This document shows, piece after piece, positions 41,520 through 53,360 of a DNA stretch of 64,000 nucleotides. Each line of letters starts with the position of its first letter. The stretch's first letter is position 1. A program made the translations under genes and the position numbers. Location of the stretch: contig JANJGN010000026.1 of the NCBI GenBank assembly GCA_026770705.1, positions 33,542,001 through 33,606,000 on the forward strand, written 5' to 3'. The DNA comes from Isurus oxyrinchus. Its lineage: Eukaryota. Below the pieces are notes generated by a model. It ran no database searches, was not told where the DNA came from, and saw only the letters and a program-made list of their open reading frames with translations.

Positions 41520-41950
41520 TTGCACTCGACCGTGACCCTGCCCGTGTTAATATTACACTAGACCCCGTCTGTGTTTGCATTACACTAGACCCTGCCTCAG
41601 TTTATATCAAACTCATATGTTTCTGTTTATATTATACTCGACATATCTCTGTTTATATTATACTCGACATGTCTCTGTTTATATTGCACTCGATGCTGTC
41701 TCTGTTTATAATACACTAGACGCTGCCTCTGTTTATATTACATTGGACCCTGCTTCTGTTTATATTACTCTAGATCCTGTTTTTGCTTCTATTAAACAAG
41801 GCCTTGTCTCTTTATATTACACTTGACATGTCTCTGTATATATTCATCTAGACCTGTCTCTGTATTGAAATATGCATTGTCTCAGTTCTGCGCTAGATCA
41901 TGTTTGCAGTAATTCTGTTAGAACCGGCCTCAGTTATTACTGCACTGCAC
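41520..41950 (-). repeat. Degenerate 27-bp satellite, reverse orientation
   Basis: Same monomer as above. Confidence 0.85.
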
Positions 41951-42094
41951 AAGTCCAATAATGTGGACATTGGTTGGGATGGAAATGGTGATGATCAGAC
42001 ATCAAGATGGTGGGAACGTTAATGATGCAAAAAAATCTTTCGAAAACAATTATCATGGGTGCCTATTTAGACGTCGTGACTTGCACTTTGTTGG

Positions 42095-42865
42095 AAGAAT
42101 AGAGGCAAAGAGTATTTTCTAAATGGGAAGATAATTCAGAAATCTGGAGTGCAAAGGGACTTTGGAGTCCTAGTCCAGGATTCTCTTAAGGTTAACTTGC
42201 AGGTTGAGTCGGTAGTTAGGAAGGCAAATGCAATGTTGGAATTTATTTCGAGAGGACTAGAATATAAAAGCAGGGATGTGCTGCTGAGGCTTTATAAGCT
42301 CTGGTCAGACCACATTTAGAATATTGTGAGCAATTTTGGGCCCCGTATCTCAGGAAGGATGTGTTGGCCCTGGAGAGGGTCCAGAGGAGGTTCACGAGAA
42401 TGATCCCAGGAATGAAAGGCTTAACATATGAGGAATGTTTGAGGACTCCAGGTCTATACTCGATGGAGTTTAGAAGGATGAGGGGGGATCTGATTGAAAC
42501 TTACAGAATATTGAAAGACCTGGATAGAGTGGACGTGGGGAAGATGTTTCCTTTCATAGGAGAGACTAGGCACAGCCTCGGAGTAAAAGGAAGGCCTTTT
42601 AGAACAGAGTTGAGGAGAAACTTTTTTAGCCACAGAGTGATGAATCTATGGAATTCATTGCCACAGAAGGCTGTGGAGGCCAGGTGATTGAGTGTTTTTG
42701 CGGCTGAGATAGATAGGTTTTTGATTGGTAAGGGGATCAAAGGTTACAGGGAAAAGGCGGGAGAATGGGGTTGAGAAACTTATCAGCCATGATTGAATGG
42801 TGGAGCAGATTCGATGGGCCGAATGGTCTAATTTCTGCTCCTATGTCTTATGGTCTTATGGTCTT
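42095..42865 (+). mobile_element. CR1-type LINE 3' fragment
   Basis: ORF ALERVQRRFTRMIPGM...EFRRMRGDLIETY; (TCTTATGG)n tail. Confidence 0.93.
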
Positions 42866-43269
42866 GTTCTCCCGCATCCCAGATTTGTGTTCATAAGCCA
42901 CAGATCTCTCTTATCTTGCAGCTGTTTAAATTAAAGCATTTAATGCCTATTTCCAGGGTCTACAGCAATAAAGCAAGGGGATGCACTAATATAACATAAA
43001 TAGAGGACAATAACATAAATAACAGACAGGGTCTAGTGTTACAGAAACATGGACCAAAGCAGGAATAATGAGACAGGCACAGTGTAATATGAACAGAGAC
43101 ATGGTGGGGTGCAGCAATATTGACTCCAGATGACCTGAAGCCGCACAGCACCAGATAAGATAGGAGTGGAGATATCTCCTGGTCATTAACACCTATTGCC
43201 CTCCTTCAGCTGATAATTGCATTCAATCACAACCTGTAATCTCATGGACTAGAATATATCCCTCACTGA

Positions 43270-43700
43270 CTCCTTGGTGTGCACATCCACGGAGCCTGAA
43301 AGCAGCAGGACAAGTAGATGACATGGTTAAGAAGGCATATTGGACACATAAAATGCAGGAGCAAGGAGGTTATGCTGGAACTGTATAAAACGTTGGTTAG
43401 GCCAGAACTGGAGCACTGCATGCAGTTCTGGTCACCACATTATAAGAAGGATGTGAATACAGTGAAGAGAGTGCAAAGGAGATATACCAGAATGCTGCCG
43501 GGCTGGAGGGCCTGAGCCATGATGAAAGATTGGATAGGCTGGGGCTGTTTTCCTTGGAGCAACGAAGGCTGAGAGGGGACGTGATAGAGGCGTAAAAGAT
43601 TATGAGGGGCATAGATAGAGTGGATAGGAAGGCACTTTTTGACCGGCGCGGAAACGGTGGGCCGAATGGCCTCCTTCTGTGTTGTAAACGTCCATGAGTC
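43270..43700 (+). mobile_element. CR1-type LINE 3' fragment
   Basis: LYKTLVRPELEHCMQFWSP...RVQRRYTRM. Confidence 0.88.
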
Positions 43701-44185
43701 CAACATTCAGCCCGGGGACAATGAGGAATGTAGAACAGCAGGTCAAAAACAACGCCTTCCATACCTGTGACCTCCACCTCCCAGAATAACAAGGGCTACA
43801 AGCACATGGGAACACAATGCCCTGCATCCTCCGACACATACAATTCTATAGGGGAGAAATTGGCCTTGGACGCTTGCAAAGAAGAAGCGATATCTGAAAT
43901 CTAATTCTGCTGACTGCGCTGAAGGTGAATATCAAGTGCTGCGTAGCACGTACGGCCGTTACTATACCGCCTGTTTCAGGCTACTGTCAGATGCCGATGT
44001 CCAGGCCAAGATCTTTATTTTTAATATTATCTCTGCTTCTCATAGACACATGGGGTAATGCAGCTATAATTTAAATGCAGGCATAGATTAAAGCAAAGCA
44101 CAGCTGATGCTGGAAATCTCAATTAAAAACAAAAAATGCTGGAAATACGCAGCAGGTCTGACAGCATCTGTGGGGAGAAAAACCG

Positions 44186-44222
44186 AGCTAATGTTTCGAG
44201 TCCGTATGACTCTTCTTCAGAG
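44186..44222 (-). ncRNA. Minimal type-I hammerhead ribozyme motif in a Penelope-like fragment (44090-44222)
   Basis: CTGAAGA-A-GAGTC-ATACG-GACTC-GAAAC: canonical CUGANGA and GAAA boxes with a 5-bp stem II. Confidence 0.7.
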
Positions 44223-44699
44223 GCATAGTCTAGTGCTATAGTTACAATGACCAGGTCTGGTATAAAATAGACATAGTCAAAATCGAATATAATATAAACA
44301 GAGACAGGGTCTATTTTAATATAAACAGTGACAGGGCCTAATGTAACATAAATGGAGACAGGGTCCAGTGCAATGCAAACTGAGATGGCTTCCATTGGAA
44401 CATTAAGGAGATAGGGTCTATTTTAATACAAACAGAGGCCTGATCCAGCATAATAGAAATAAAGCAGTTCCCAGGATATTAATAATCGAACCAGGATCCT
44501 GTATAACATGGGAGGGACGATCGTGCAGTGGGAACGTCACTTGGTTAGTAAGCAGAGATCCAGGCCTTTTCCCTGGGAATAGAGATTTGAATCCCATTAT
44601 GGCAGCATGAAGAATCGAAATTCAATTAATAAATCTGGAATTGAAAGCTCATCTCAATAATGGTGACCATGAAACTATAATCGATTATCATAAGCATCC

Positions 44700-45335
44700 G
44701 GTCTGTCAGCATCGGCGGAGAAGAAAAGAGTTGACGTTTCGAGTCCTCATGACCCTTCAGCAGAACTGGGTAAATCCAAGGGGAAAGATGCAAAACTTTA
44801 GATCTTGATCTCCCTCCTCCATTCCCACCCTCTTTCTGTTTCTTCCCCCTTCCTTTTGTTTTTTCCAATAATTTATATAGATTTTTCTTTTCCCACCTAT
44901 TTCCATTATTTTTCCATCTTTTATGCCCCCCACTCCCACTAGAGCTGTACCTTGAGTGCCCTACCATCCATTCTTAATTAGCACATTCGTTTAGATAATA
45001 TCACCAACTTTAACACCTATGTGTTCTTTTGTTCTTTTGTCTGTGACATCTTTTGATTATCTGCTCCTTTCACTGCTTGCTTGTCCCTACAACCGCACCA
45101 CCTCCCTCCACTTCTCTCCCCCCACTCCCACCCGCCCCCCACCCCTCCCCACCCCACCTTAAACCAGCTTATATTTCACCCCTCTCCTTGGATTCACCCA
45201 GTTCTGCTGAACGGTCATGAGGACTCGAAACATCAACTCTTTTCATCTCCGCCAATGCTGCCAGACCTGCTGAGTTTTTCCAGATAATTCTGTTTTTGTT
45301 TTGGATTTCCATCATCCACAGTGTTTTGTTTTTAT
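44700..45335 (+). mobile_element. Penelope-like element with inverted 5' terminal copy, inserted in a tRNA-derived SINE (44520-45410)
   Basis: 44700-44780 is an inverted copy of ~45180-45265; flanked by TTATCATAA(G/A)CATCC at ~44685 and ~45332. Confidence 0.82.
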
Positions 45336-46559
45336 CATAAACATCCATCTGGTTCACCGATGCCCTTTAGAGAAGGAAATCTGCTGTCCTTACCAAGTCT
45401 GGCCTACATTTATTTTCTTCATTCATGGAAATGTGAGTGGCACTGGCTTGGCCAGCATTTATTGCCCATCCCTAATTGCCCTTGAGAACAGTGTGGCTTA
45501 TTAGGCTATTTATTGCTGTGGGTCTGCAGTCACATGCAGTCCAGACCAGGTGGCATTAGTGTGAACCACATGGTTTTTACGACAATGGTTTCATGGTCAT
45601 TAGATTTTTGAATTCAAATTTCATCATCTGCCGTGGGGGGATTCAAACACAGATCCCAAGCGAATTACGAGCCAGGTGAGAATACCATTACACCACCTCC
45701 TCTCATACATATAGCTCCAGACCCACAATTTTGTGCAGCCCCATTCTCTGGCTATTTGATTAATTGCCCACCACCATTAATGACTGGATGTGACAGGACT
45801 TCAGAGGTAAAATCCAATCCGTTTGATGTGGGATCTTCCAGACTATGTGACTATGTGATATAAATATTGGTATTGACTGGTGCAGTATTAATTAAAACAG
45901 GGTACAGTGACATATAAACAGAAACAGTGTTTGGTCTAACATAATAATAGATGAAGTCCAACTTAAAAAGTCAGAGACAGGGACAAGTGCAGCGTTAATT
46001 TAGACAATGCGTGCTTCGTAGAATGGATCCTTCAAGACTTCAAATCCATCTGCTGGCCAAACTTCGCAATTGCAGCTCCTGTGAAAATGTCGCTGTTCGG
46101 TTCGATCTTTGACATTATTGTGTCAAGAGTCCACTTCCTCAGATGTGATAACACATCACCTTCTGCGGGAGGTGTCAAAATTTAACACAATTCAACTAAT
46201 TGCAGATGAACGTGGTTGATTAGCGCACGTTAAAGTCAGCACCAGAGTAAAGCGGCCCAATTCCTGGTAATGTAACTTTGTTCATCTTGATTATAGGGAG
46301 GGATGTTGACCAGGGAGCTCTATTGAGATCATGGGAACTTTAATGTCCACCTCAACAAACATAGTGTTGGGGAGAGTTATTGGTTCATGATACCACCTGA
46401 TAGGGTAATTTTCTTCAATAGCTACGTGCTCCGGAGCCTCCCAGGAAGTCAAGGTGCTATCTTAATTTGAAGCAGAAGATGCCATTTTGGTTTGCGTGTG
46501 AGGGAGAGAGGCGGAGACGCACATCAAATTGTTTGCAACTGAATTTCACGAAGATCGTG

Positions 46560-48000
46560 GACAACCTTCCATCGATGAAAGGTCACAGACACACAATGGA
46601 AACAAACCCATTTCAGATGTGCTGATGGCTGAGGAGGCCAATTGTGAGGCAGGTTCTGCTGGAAGTGCTGCACATGAAGCTACAAATGTCGTTGTGGGGT
46701 TTTTTTTCCGGTGATGACCTCGATTGCCAAGCTGCTGTAGCCGCTGGTCATTGTGCTGGTTCACGCCAACTCACAGGAGGTGTCGCCATTTTCCTCATTC
46801 ATCAGTTTGTTACACTCAGTTGTGATAATCGATATTTAGGGCCTTCACTTCAAGCATCCTTGAAGTGGAGCTTTGGGTGTCCCACTGGTTGTCTGCCTCC
46901 GGCTACCTCACCATACGGAAAGTCCTTGTGCATGTGACCATCTTCCATCCTATGTACGTTGCCAAGCCACCAGCACCATCTCTGTTGCATGAGCTCTACC
47001 ATCTTAGGAGCTCCGCCTTTGAGAGTACTACTGCATTTGTGATTTTATCCTGCCAGTACATAACCATAATGCGCATCAGGCAGTGAATATGGAAATTGTA
47101 GAGCTTCTTTTCTTGATAACTGTGAGTGGTCCATGTTTCACAGCCATAAAGCAAGGTGCTGAGAGCACAGGCCTTATAAACCATCAGCTTGGCCCTAAGG
47201 GTCAGTTTGATGTTATTCCAGGGGCATTTCAGAGTCAGCCATGAATAGCAGCTGCTTTCCCCATGCGGGTATCAAGTTCTGCAGCAAGAAACAGGCTTCC
47301 TGTCACCGTGGAACCCAGTGAGCAGAATTTACTTCCATCTGAGTGGTAATTAGTGTGATCAATGGCGTAAATGCAAAACCTTGTCCCATGACCAGGGTTT
47401 CCTTCATGCTTACAGTCAGGGAGAACAAGTTACAGACATGGGAGAGTCAGTTCATCAGACTTTGTGGATGAGTTTCCTTTTTGATGACCAAGTTATCAGC
47501 TTCGAGCAATTCTTTGATCAGGATTCAATGTGTTTTTGTCTTCGCTTTCAGTCTTCTAGATTGTGGGGCTTGCAGTCTGACTGGGTGTGTGAGTAGACTC
47601 CTTGTATATCTACAAGGAAGGCAAAGATCAGCAGCGTGGAGAAGAAGATGCTAAACAGAATGGGGGCTAGGACACAGGCCTGTTTCATTCCATTCTTCAC
47701 TCCGAATCTGTCAGAAGTGGAATCCTTAATCTGCACAGTGCAATGCATGTTGTCATGGAAGGAGTGAATGAGACTGAGGAGCTTTGGATGGCAGCCAATT
47801 TTCCACAAAATCTTGTAGGGTCCTGTTCTGCTGGTGGTGTCGAGCGTATGGAGCAGATCATTTCCAGGGTATACCTTCCGACACAAACACTACACTGTGC
47901 TTCGGCCTACACGTAGATGAAGTCTTTAAAGTCTGATCCAAGCAAAGGCCTTCCCCGTGACTCAATGAGTGAGATATTCCTGTAGTTGTTGCAGTCTCAC
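46560..48000 (-). mobile_element. RTE-clade LINE fragment
   Basis: VYKACALSTLLYGCETWT...WQDKITN..VLSKA; GVKNGMKQACVLAPILFSIFFS. Confidence 0.85.
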
Positions 48001-48120
48001 CTGTTGGTTTTGTTTTCAGATAGTGCAATGATTATGATGTTCTTCACCTCCTTCAGAACGGATCTTAACTTTCAGCAGAGGAGGAGAAGGTCGTAAAGGC
48101 TGAGAAACATACATAATTAT

Positions 48121-48452
48121 ATATACCAATTATTATCAATTCACGAAGGTAAATAATTATATTGACGAATTACCATCAATTCACAAAGATAAATAATTAT
48201 ATTCACCAACTGGCATCAATTCACAAAGATAAATAATTATATTCACCAATTATTATCCATGCACAAAAATAAATAATTATATTCAACAACTATCATCAAT
48301 TCACAAAGATAAATAGTTACATTCACCAATTATCATCAACTCACAAAGATAAATAGTTACATTCACCAATTATCATCAACTCACAAAGATAAATAATTAT
48401 ATTCATCAATTATCATCCATTCACAAAAATAAATAATTGCATTAACCAATTA
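48121..48452 (+). repeat. 40-bp AT-rich minisatellite, about 8 copies
   Basis: Unit ATTCACCAATTATCATCAATTCACAAAGATAAATAATTAT in register at 48201, 48241, 48281, 48321, 48361, 48401. Confidence 0.93.
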
Positions 48453-49324
48453 TTTTCAGTATTTTATTTCATATAAAATGTAATTGCAGTTCATGTAATA
48501 TCATTGACATTGATTGAGATCACATTGACCATTCTGTCAGCATGGAATCACATCTCTCCCAGAATTCAGTGAGAAATGAAATTAAATCAGACTGAGGATA
48601 ATGAGCAGCTACTCAGCAGCCTCTGCGCTTTATTGACAAGTAATCACCTCATCATCACACAGAAACTCCTGATATATAACTGGAGTGTGTGAGCATTTGG
48701 AAAGTGATGGTATGAAAAAGGCTACCTGGTCCTGACGTTAGTTGATAAATATTTAAATCCAGATTTGTCATTTCCCTCGTCTGGAAGGTAAGGAAACATT
48801 TGCGGCACTCCATTGCGTTTCACACTATTTCTCTTTCCACAGTAATAGTGTTTAGTTTGTTACATTCATTAATTTGGGTGAGGATATGTTGAATGTTTTG
48901 TTGTACATGAAAGGACCACATGTTGCAAATATTACAATCCTCCACTCTAATCCATATCATGTACCCACTTTCTGTGTTAAAGATGATGATTGCCCAACAG
49001 CAGGGAAGAATCACCAGTGCCACAGGGACGTCTCCAGCCTTTTGTTGGTGACGTTCAGCTCGTTAGTTCCCGATAGGCAGGGGATGGAATTCATCCAGAA
49101 AATCTGAAAGGACTGAAGATATTAGACTGACACAAATTAAATACAAGACCAGCTTCAAGATATGAAGTGGTCAAGCACAAAGATGAGAAAGTAGGACAAC
49201 ATCTTTCAGGTGCATCTATGGATACATCGATCAATTCACTCACTGATTCCTTCATGAAAATATTCAGGCATCCAACCACCATTCATTCCTGCACACTGCA
49301 GTCATCCCTCTATTTTTGGTAGAC

Positions 49325-49700
49325 GGTTGTGTTGCATTAACGTCACTGGACTCGTAACCCAGACCCAAGCTATTCACGAATTCAAATCCCATTATGGCAG
49401 CTGGTGGAATTTAAATTCAGTTAGAAATCTGGGATTGAAAACTGGTCCCAGAGAAGGGCACCATGAAACTATCATCGATTGTGGAAAAAAGTCATCTGAT
49501 TCACTAATGTCCTTTAGGAAAGGAAATCTGCCACTGTACCTAATCTGGCCTAAATGCGAGTCCAGATCCACAGCAATATGGTAGACTCTAGCTGCCCTCT
49601 GAAATGGTTTCGCAAGACACTAGGCTCAAGAGCAATTAGGGAAAGGCAACAAATGCTGGCCTTGCTAGTGACTCTCCCATCCCGTGAAAGGGTAAAAGGG
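49325..49700 (+). mobile_element. tRNA-derived SINE (same family as 44520-45410)
   Basis: TTCAAATCCCATTATGGCAGC...ACCATGAAACTATCATCGATT...CCTTTAGGAAAGGAAATCTGCC. Confidence 0.7.
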
Positions 49701-51439
49701 CAAAAAAATCACACAATCACACCTAATTTTCTATTTCCAAATTTTCATCTTTCTGAGTCCTATCTGATAGTCCGCCTGTAATTCTTTCTATCTATCCATC
49801 CATCCATCACAATATTATGATGTGTTGGAGAGGTCCTCCAATAAGCTTTTAATGCTAACAGGGTGTCAGAGAAGCTGGATAAGTTTTCTTTCCTAGGAGA
49901 TGGAATAGTTCACATAGGTTCACAACTTAAAAAAATAAAACTGACTTCAGTGCTGTTGCTGGGTAGATTTGTTATAAATAGGCCTTATTGACAATGTTAA
50001 GTGCTTGCAGTTGGCTTGCAACCAAGCGGTCAGTACTGAGGAAACAGATCTTTCATTGACTGCACAAACCCCCCAGATGCTTCCTGTAAATAACATTGGA
50101 CATTCGAGCCTCCCTGACTGCAGCCGACTGGCTTGCTGCCAAATACTCTGTGGGGCAGATTAGCCTGGATATGAATCAACAAAATGGGATTTAGCAATTC
50201 AAATAATATTGCTTTCAGTCACACACGGAATACACATTTTAACTGGCATTTCATCCAAGGAAATATTTTAATGAATGCCGTGTTCACTGAGATTAAACGC
50301 AATCAAAAAATATTAAATTGACCATATACTAATTAATTTATATTATTTCGAAGTAAAGGGCATTCCAGTTATTAAAGCATGTTCATTAAGAACTTCGTGA
50401 AGTGCGAGAGGGCGATGTTGATGGTCACAATGTCCCAGTCCAATGAGACGAGTGCAATAGCAAAAATTAAAAAGAAAGTAAATTAAAATAAACTTGCTGA
50501 ATTGCCTTAAAGCCGCAGGAATTCGTGAATATTCTCAGAGTTGTGCGCCTCATTTTATCTGAGGCGCCTCTTATTCCTGATTAGCACCGTGTACTGTACA
50601 GTTTAATTTGTGCTGATTTCTATTATTTAACAGTGCCTCTCATAGCTGCCAATGAATGGAGAAATGACCAGTTCATGACCCGCTTCAGTGGAAGATAAAA
50701 CATTTATTCTTGTGATATTGTGTAATATGCCGCAAAGTCCTAATATCCTGTGTTCCCCATACCAGGGAATGATAGACAGCCGGTGGCCAATAGAATTACC
50801 TATAATGATTTGGATGCTGATCGGATTTGCTGATCTCCGTGTCCATTCTATTCATTAGCTTCTCTGTCAAAAGTTGATGTAAATTTTATGTTTCTCTGTA
50901 AACGTACTGTTTAAATATCAGGGTGGCGGTCTTCTTTTTCCGCTAATTTTCACAGGGCTATCTTAGGTCAGGGGTTATTCGAGGAATGTAAGGAGAGACA
51001 TTGCGTAATATGAGCAGATTCGTCTTATCTCTGGACCCAAACTGTATGGCGATAGCCACCCATTTTGAAAATAATATCACTTTGTTCATCCCCCGCATTT
51101 AGCTACATAAATCAATAATAATTCCTCTGACTAATGATACTTTATTACTGTAATGAGACAGAGACCCGGAGTTGCTGCAAAACAGACTGACAGCCCTGAT
51201 AATATAACTTATTTTTTTAGATTCAACCCGCTGTGAAGTAGTGTAGAAATAAATGGGCTTATTTTACATTTGAATTAGTCATTTTTATGAACTGATTCTA
51301 AGCTACAATTCCACCATTAGAGCCAATGGAGACATTACAATAAATCCATTCAGTCAAATATCCCGATACAGATAAAATGTCCACTTTTAACAATAATCTA
51401 TTGTAAATATCTGAGTCCATTCTGTTGGGGATGTGGAAG

Positions 51440-51530
51440 GTGGGGCGTGGATCCAGTCGCCGCCTCCACCAGGGAATCAACAGGCGGCGCCTGGAAACCC
51501 GCCCCCTTCTGCCGGGTATTTAAATGCCGC
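51440..51530 (+). promoter_or_regulatory. Putative VH promoter
   Basis: GC boxes (GGGGCGTGG ~51442, CCCGCCCCC ~51498) and TATTTAAA at 51517-51524 upstream of the leader; no octamer seen. Confidence 0.5.
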
Positions 51531-51615
51531 TCACTGGGGCCAGAATTCAACAATCCGGGAGTTGGTTTGTTCACTGAGTTCTGGACAGAACCATTTTCAC
51601 CAAATGACCAGAAGG

Positions 51616-51661
51616 ATGAGGTCGGCGATTTCTCTCAGTTTGTTGCTGACTTTCTTATCCG
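51616..51661 (+). CDS. IGHV: IgH V leader exon
   Basis: MRSAISLSLLLTFLS + G|GTGAGT (alternative in-frame ATG at 51604); typical shark IgM VH leader. Confidence 0.95.
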
Positions 51662-51789
51662 GTGAGTAGTTTTTATTGTCCAAGTCTCTCACTGTTACTG
51701 TCTCAGTGTTAGTCTCTCTCTGGAATGTTACAGAGTCAAGAATTATTTCACCAGAATTAACCCTCGGGGTTTTTGATATATTTTTACAG

Positions 51790-52094
51790 GTGTCCAGTCG
51801 GAGATTGTGTTGACTCAGCCAGAGGCAGAGACCGGGCGTCCCGGAGGCACCCTGACACTGACCTGTAAAACCAGCGGCTTCAATCTTGGCAGCTATTGGA
51901 TGAACTGGGTCCGACAGGTTCCTGGACAGGGGCTGGAATGGCTCCTTAACTACTATAGTTCATCCAACAACAACTACGCCCCAGGAATTAAGAATCGATT
52001 TACTGCGTCCAAAGACACTTCAAGGAGCATCTTCTCCTTGGACATGACGAGCCTGAAGACTGAAGACACCGCCATCTATTACTGTGCAAGAAAC
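51790..52094 (+). CDS. IGHV: IgM-type VH exon
   Basis: ttacag|[52 protein letters not shown]...[31 protein letters not shown]; open frame; RSS CACAGCG-23-ACAAAAACA at 52095-52133. Confidence 0.97.
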
Positions 52095-52529
52095 CACAGC
52101 GAGAGGAACCAGGGCTGGACCCGAACAAAAACAGATCGAGAGGGATTCAACAACTTCCATCGTAACCTGACGGTCAGTACTTGTTTTAAATGTAATATTA
52201 ACTGTAATGATCAGAACCAGACAACAAGCCGCTTCTGACAAAAATAAAACAGCAAATTTAACAGTAAAACATAACAAACCAATTGATATAATGGGCTGAG
52301 CTTTTGCTGTGTTTATATTTACTGTTAACAGTTTCCACAATTACAGTCCTGGATATAATGTTCATTTTAATATGTCTGATACTTGGAGGAGGGTCTCTGT
52401 TCATTGAGTTTTGTAAATTGCTGCATGAATTCTAAAGAAGATCAGAAGTAAACGTCTATTTGAAGTGAATATTAAGAAGCAGCATTGAACAGAGTGGGTG
52501 CAGTTTTTGTGCGGGTGTATTTCACTGTG

Positions 52530-52543
52530 ATACTACAGCGGGT
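52530..52543 (+). other. IGHD: IgH D1 (12/22 RSS)
   Basis: AGTTTTTGT-12-CACTGTG [ATACTACAGCGGGT] CACAGTG-22-ACAAAAACC (52502-52581). Confidence 0.95.
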
Positions 52544-52902
52544 CACAGTGCTGTGCATAGCGACATCCTCATACAAAAACCTCAGAGAAGGAGTTTGTTT
52601 AAATTCGTGATCTCTAACACAGCAGGAACGACAAAGAAAATGATAGTTAAATAACATAATGGGTCGAGGTTTGCAAAAAGGTATTCCACTTTGTTCGTAG
52701 TGACGGACATGCCAAATCTGCAGAGATTTTGAAAGTATTCCAATCACATTTATAAATATAATGACCAGCACAGGCTGGAATATCTCACTGATTCATTCTT
52801 AAGCGAGTCGGAATCGGGTTTTTGAGAAGGCAGTGAACTTAAATCTCTATATTTTACAGTGAACAGTCTGCCGCAGTATTTGACATGGTGTGTCTCACTG
52901 TG

Positions 52903-52915
52903 ATATACTGGATGG
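52903..52915 (+). other. IGHD: IgH D2 (12/12 RSS)
   Basis: AGTATTTGA-12-CACTGTG [ATATACTGGATGG] CACAGCA-12-ACAAAAACA (52875-52943). Confidence 0.93.
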
Positions 52916-53312
52916 CACAGCAGTTACTGTCAATACAAAAACACCTCAGCACTAATTGAGTCTGCCTGGATCAGTGCTCGCTTTTACAATCCAACCATAT
53001 TTACAATGAAGTATTATTTTTGTTCAGCATTGACCAAAGCAACGTGATTTAAGATGGAAAAGTTGTGATAATTATCCATTCATCAGTTGGTGATTTCAAT
53101 AACATCTTCATGTGCTACTCTGTGAATTATAAAAAATGAGGGTCATTGATGAATAGCGAAAGATATCCACAAACGCAAATATAATTTTGTGAGGATTCAT
53201 CGTGATCTTCCTTTGCATCTGACTTATGAATATTTAGAATAATGGTGGATTTCTGTCTTTTTCGTGCAGGGACGGTTATTGTATGTCACAGCCCAGGGAA
53301 TGTAACACTGTG

Positions 53313-53360
53313 ACGCTATGGACTACTGGGGACAAGGGACCATGGTGACGGTGACTGCAG
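53313..53360 (+). CDS. IGHJ: IgH J segment
   Basis: GGTTATTGT-23-CACTGTG (53274-53312), then AMDYWGQGTMVTVTA and G|GTAAGA donor. Confidence 0.97.

Noticed and set aside
45995-46125. TCR transmembrane-like text (LR...VAV.F.L) in the duplicated arm
   Set aside because: Needs several frameshifts and has no clear splice sites; not supportable by eye.
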